A stretch of 32,000 bases of DNA from Caedimonas varicaedens. Lineage in GTDB: Bacteria > Pseudomonadota > Alphaproteobacteria > Caedimonadales > Caedimonadaceae. A program made the position numbers and the translations under genes. Shown here in pieces: positions 28,801 through 32,000 of the stretch. The DNA is taken from contig BBVC01000074.1 of the NCBI GenBank assembly GCA_001192655.1, positions 3,767-35,766 on the forward strand, given 5' to 3'. The notes beneath the pieces are model-generated. The model made no database searches. It was given only the letters and a program-made list of their open reading frames with translations, and was not told the DNA's origin. How positions within the stretch are numbered: position 1 is the stretch's first letter; each line of letters starts with the position of its first letter.

Positions 28801-30672
28801 GATATGGCAGGCGACGTTTTTGGTAATGGAATGCTGCTCTCTGACAAGATTAAACTGATTGCCGCCTTTAATCATCAACACATCTTTATCGATCCCACAC
28901 CTGACCCAAAAATCAGTTTTACGGAACGTCAACGACTTTTTAATTTACCTCGATCAACCTGGAAAGACTATAATTCTGAGCTGATTTCCACTGGGGGAGG
29001 CGTTTTTGAACGTCATGCAAAAAATATCCTTCTTTCTTCTGAAATTCAAAATTTATTGGGTGTTCAACTTCCTGAAATGACGCCCGATGAACTTGTTAAA
29101 AAACTCCTGTTACTCAACACAGACCTTTTATGGTTTGGCGGAATTGGAACTTTTGTAAAATCTTCCAGAGAATCGCACGCAGATGTTGCCGATCGAAGCA
29201 ATGACAGCGTCCGTGTGAATGGCAAGGATTTGCAGTGTCGTGTGATTGGAGAAGGAGCCAATCTGGGAATGACACAATTGGGGCGCATTGAGTTTTCCCT
29301 AAAAGGCGGTCGTCTTAACACAGATGCCATTGACAATTCAGGAGGCGTTGATTGTTCAGATCATGAGGTGAATATTAAAATTCTCTTTAGCAGTTTGATT
29401 GCCCGAAACGAGTTGACGTTTGAGGCCCGAAATAACATCTTATCGGAAATGACACCTCAAGTCTCAGAATTGGTATTAAAGAACAATTACGCCCAGACGC
29501 GGGCTATTTCCTTGATGGAAGCACAAGGCATCAAACTTCTTGATGAGCAGATCAAGTTTATGCACTATCTGGAGGGTAAAGGAAAACTGAACAGAACGAT
29601 CGAGTATCTTCCCGATGACACTGTTCTGGGCGAAATGCAAGCGACCCAGAAAACCCTGACACGACCTGAGCTTGCTGTGCTCATGGCCTATGCAAAAATC
29701 TATTATTATGAAGAAATTTTAGAGTCTTCCCTGCTCGATGATTTTGCGCTGGAAGAAGAACTGATGGATTATTTTCCCAAACCTCTCCATCTAAACTATC
29801 GGGAAAGTATTATCACCCATCCCCTTAAACACGAAATTATTGCGACCATCATCACGAATGATCTTGTGAATCGCCTCGGCTCTAGCTATGCCTATGATGT
29901 CGCAGATAAGATTGGGTGCCAAATCGACAACGTTTTCAAGGCTTATTTGATCGTATGCAAGGCTTTTGACCTGCACATTTTATGGCAACAAATTGAATCT
30001 CTTGATGATCGTATCTCTCCTGCCAATCAAATGAAAGTCATGATGGATATTTTAGCCATTGTCAGACGGATTATTCCCTGGCTTCTTCGTCATTACCATG
30101 TCAACGAAGGTATTTTAGGCACCAGCAACGCACTAAAATTAGGCAGTGAGACGTTTCTGGAGAAACTGGACGAATGCCTTGATGACCAGACTAAAAAAAC
30201 TTTGGAAGAATCCATTGCAGCCTATGAGCATTTAAATATTGGCGCTGATCTCTCTCAAAGGATTGCTGTACTTCAAATTGCCGCATCGTCTCCAGATATT
30301 ATTCTTATCTCATCCCATACAAATTCCCCTGTTTCCCAGGTTGCAAAAATTTATTTCGAAGTCGGTGCACGTTTCAACTTCAACATTTTAAGACGTCGTA
30401 TTGATGATATTAAGCTGGGAAATTCATGGCAGCGCATTGCCCTTAATGGCGCCATTGAAGATCTGTACGTCCTGCAATGTGATCTTGTCGAGCAAATCCT
30501 TAAACTCACGCACTATAATAAACTTGATTTCGATGAAGCTCTCATGTTCTGGATTGCTTCCCGTAAAGAGGCGATAAAAAAGATCGATGACTTAAATAAA
30601 GAAATTCTCGCGCTTGGCGCGCTCGACCTTGCCGCGGTCAGCGTCCTTTTAAGAGAATACCGTCACTTATGA
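25825..30672 (+). CDS. gdhB: NAD-specific glutamate dehydrogenase, large (about 180 kDa) Bac_GDH family
   Basis: 1615 aa. The length and blocks are typical of large [15 protein letters not shown] near the N-terminus, the catalytic core [63 protein letters not shown] and [20 protein letters not shown]. Confidence 0.95.
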   Translation: [1615 protein letters not shown]

Positions 30673-30816
30673 GCTTGGGGAAAAAGGACCATACTTCCCC
30701 CCGATTAACACCCATCGGAAATAGTTAAGTAGAATAGAGTATACTTTAACAATTCTATAAATTATCCTTATTTTATCTACTGAAAAAAAATACTTTATAG
30801 TACTTATATTAAAATA

Positions 30817-30845
30817 TTGACATTTAAAATATATTCAGTTAATAA
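30817..30845 (+). promoter_or_regulatory. sigma70-type promoter candidate for the orphan gene
   Basis: TTGACA (30817-30822), a 17-nt spacer, then TAATAA (30840-30845), within a very AT-rich spacer. Confidence 0.35.
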
Positions 30846-30883
30846 ATTTTCCTATTAAGCAATAATTGTTATTGGGTTTAAAA

Positions 30884-31993
30884 ATGTTCTCCTATACTAT
30901 GAAATTAATCTTAATTTTTTATTCTTTATACGCTTTTTCATCAAACCTTCATGCTTCAAATGATGCGGAGTTTGATTTCTTTGTACGACTTCAGGCTTTA
31001 AATTTAAAAACGAAAGAAGAATTTGACAAGAAAACGAGTAATAAAAAATTTATGACAAAATATTTAGATGAAGCAATGATGTTAGTTAAACATCGTGAGC
31101 AAACAGGTAGTCTAGATACTTTGCCTGAACAATTTGTAATGCAACAGTTTGATCGGGCGATGGCTTATATAAGCGCTAAAAAGAAACCTCTTTTAGAGCG
31201 GATTCTCATTGATCTTGAGCAAAGCGATCCTTATATTTTCAACAGTATGCATCCAAAGTCAGCCACTGACAGTGCTGAAGAAAATGGAATAAACTGTATT
31301 CTATACAATTGCACAGTCATGCGAATGGTTGCTCTTGCTTGCTTGCCCGATGAGGACATTAACTTCACTATTGATGACCTCAATGCACCTTGCCTCAACT
31401 TTTTAAAAGAGGAACGCATAAAACCTACTATGATGATGGTTTCAAGTCTATTCAATCTTAAAAATCAGCTGGATTTAGTAAAACCTATGAGCATGACCCT
31501 TCAGCTTGAAGATAAAAGGAATAGGAATTATTTTTATAAACTTCTTGTTTGTCTTGATTTAGCAGATATAGGGACTTTTAGCGAAGATCCTTATAATTAT
31601 TCATTCTGGAACTTGTTTTCGCCTGACGATTCAGTGAATATTCTTGATTTTAGACCTTTCATCGGTACACAAACAATTTCTTATGCGATGTTGAATAACC
31701 TTTCGCTTCTTGGGGCTTCACTTGATCCACAGATCTCGGCCCATGGACGGTCGGAGTATAAGGGACCATTTGGTGTTTGGAAACATGATGGGGAGCATAA
31801 TGTAAGTTGGAACACTCAAAGAAGAAAGCTGGAAGAAACGGGCTTATATAATATTGTCATGAATGTATTGATGGATATCTATGACACTGGACTGGCAGAA
31901 AAAAACGAGAAAGAACAGAAAAAAATCTTTGATTTTCTTTTTATTCTTATGCACGAAGACTCACCTATGCGTACTATAGCTAAAAACCTTTAA
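30884..31993 (+). CDS. hypothetical protein with N-terminal signal peptide (orphan; no family recognised)
   Basis: The ORF is open from 30866 to 31993, with candidate starts at TTG 30866, ATG 30884 and ATG 30899. The N-terminus is MFSYTMKLILIFYSLYAFSSNLHA/SND. I recognise no conserved catalytic motif, and the sequence is visibly more AT-rich than neighbouring genes. Confidence 0.6.
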   Translation: MFSYTMKLILIFYSLYAFSSNLHASNDAEFDFFVRLQALNLKTKEEFDKKTSNKKFMTKYLDEAMMLVKHREQTGSLDTLPEQFVMQQFDRAMAYISAKKKPLLERILIDLEQSDPYIFNSMHPKSATDSAEENGINCILYNCTVMRMVALACLPDEDINFTIDDLNAPCLNFLKEERIKPTMMMVSSLFNLKNQLDLVKPMSMTLQLEDKRNRNYFYKLLVCLDLADIGTFSEDPYNYSFWNLFSPDDSVNILDFRPFIGTQTISYAMLNNLSLLGASLDPQISAHGRSEYKGPFGVWKHDGEHNVSWNTQRRKLEETGLYNIVMNVLMDIYDTGLAEKNEKEQKKIFDFLFILMHEDSPMRTIAKNL

Positions 31994-32000
31994 AATGGTT

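Noticed and set aside
30677-30700. Hairpin GGGGAA-12 nt-TTCCCC after gdhB as an intrinsic terminator
   Set aside because: The loop is long, and the stem is followed by CCGATTAAC rather than a U-tract. It is not a convincing Rho-independent terminator.
1-32000. Search by eye for CRISPR repeats, IS inverted repeats, transposase or integrase genes, toxin-antitoxin pairs and defence-system hallmarks
   Set aside because: None was found. Every ORF over 100 aa that is not a shadow ORF is accounted for by a housekeeping or envelope family, except the orphan at 30884-31993.

Overview
This window looks like an ordinary alphaproteobacterial chromosomal core segment, moderately AT-rich. The taxon is inferred only from gene content and synteny: an ELM1-like protein, an NDUFS4-like protein, an IalB-like protein, a YhdP/AsmA-like protein, the murJ-trpS pair and the rpmH-rnpA-yidD-yidC-engB cluster. 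I can support 27 protein-coding genes. They are dnaE (5' part, missing from the ORF track because it runs off the edge), greA, an ELM1-family protein, a FAD amine oxidase, a membrane degenerate-GGDEF/EAL protein, a DEAD-box helicase, radC, an NDUFS4-like protein, bcp, a 1050-aa YhdP/AsmA-like envelope protein, tyrS, a Bax-like glucosaminidase, an Nfu/NifU-like protein, an NPPY methyltransferase, ispB, rpmH (44 aa, also missing from the track), rnpA, yidD, yidC, engB, an IalB-like protein, trpS, two tandem murJ paralogs, the 1615-aa NAD-glutamate dehydrogenase, and one AT-rich orphan with a signal peptide. I see no CRISPR array, IS element, integrase, phage gene or recognisable defence or toxin module, and I do not find a convincing multi-gene novel system. 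The observations most worth a second look are these. (1) A decayed second copy of the ELM1-3'/amine-oxidase-5' junction lies in the 360-bp spacer before the EAL gene. (2) A second, diverged murJ sits beside the ancestral murJ-trpS pair. (3) An isolated 3' half of tRNA-Gly(GCC) lies directly next to that extra murJ. (4) A visibly AT-richer orphan secreted protein with its own promoter sits at the right edge. (5) Several smaller oddities are listed: a small-ORF frame conflict, the rnpA start, and AT-rich tandem repeats. All calls come from reading and hand-translating the sequence; no searches were run.
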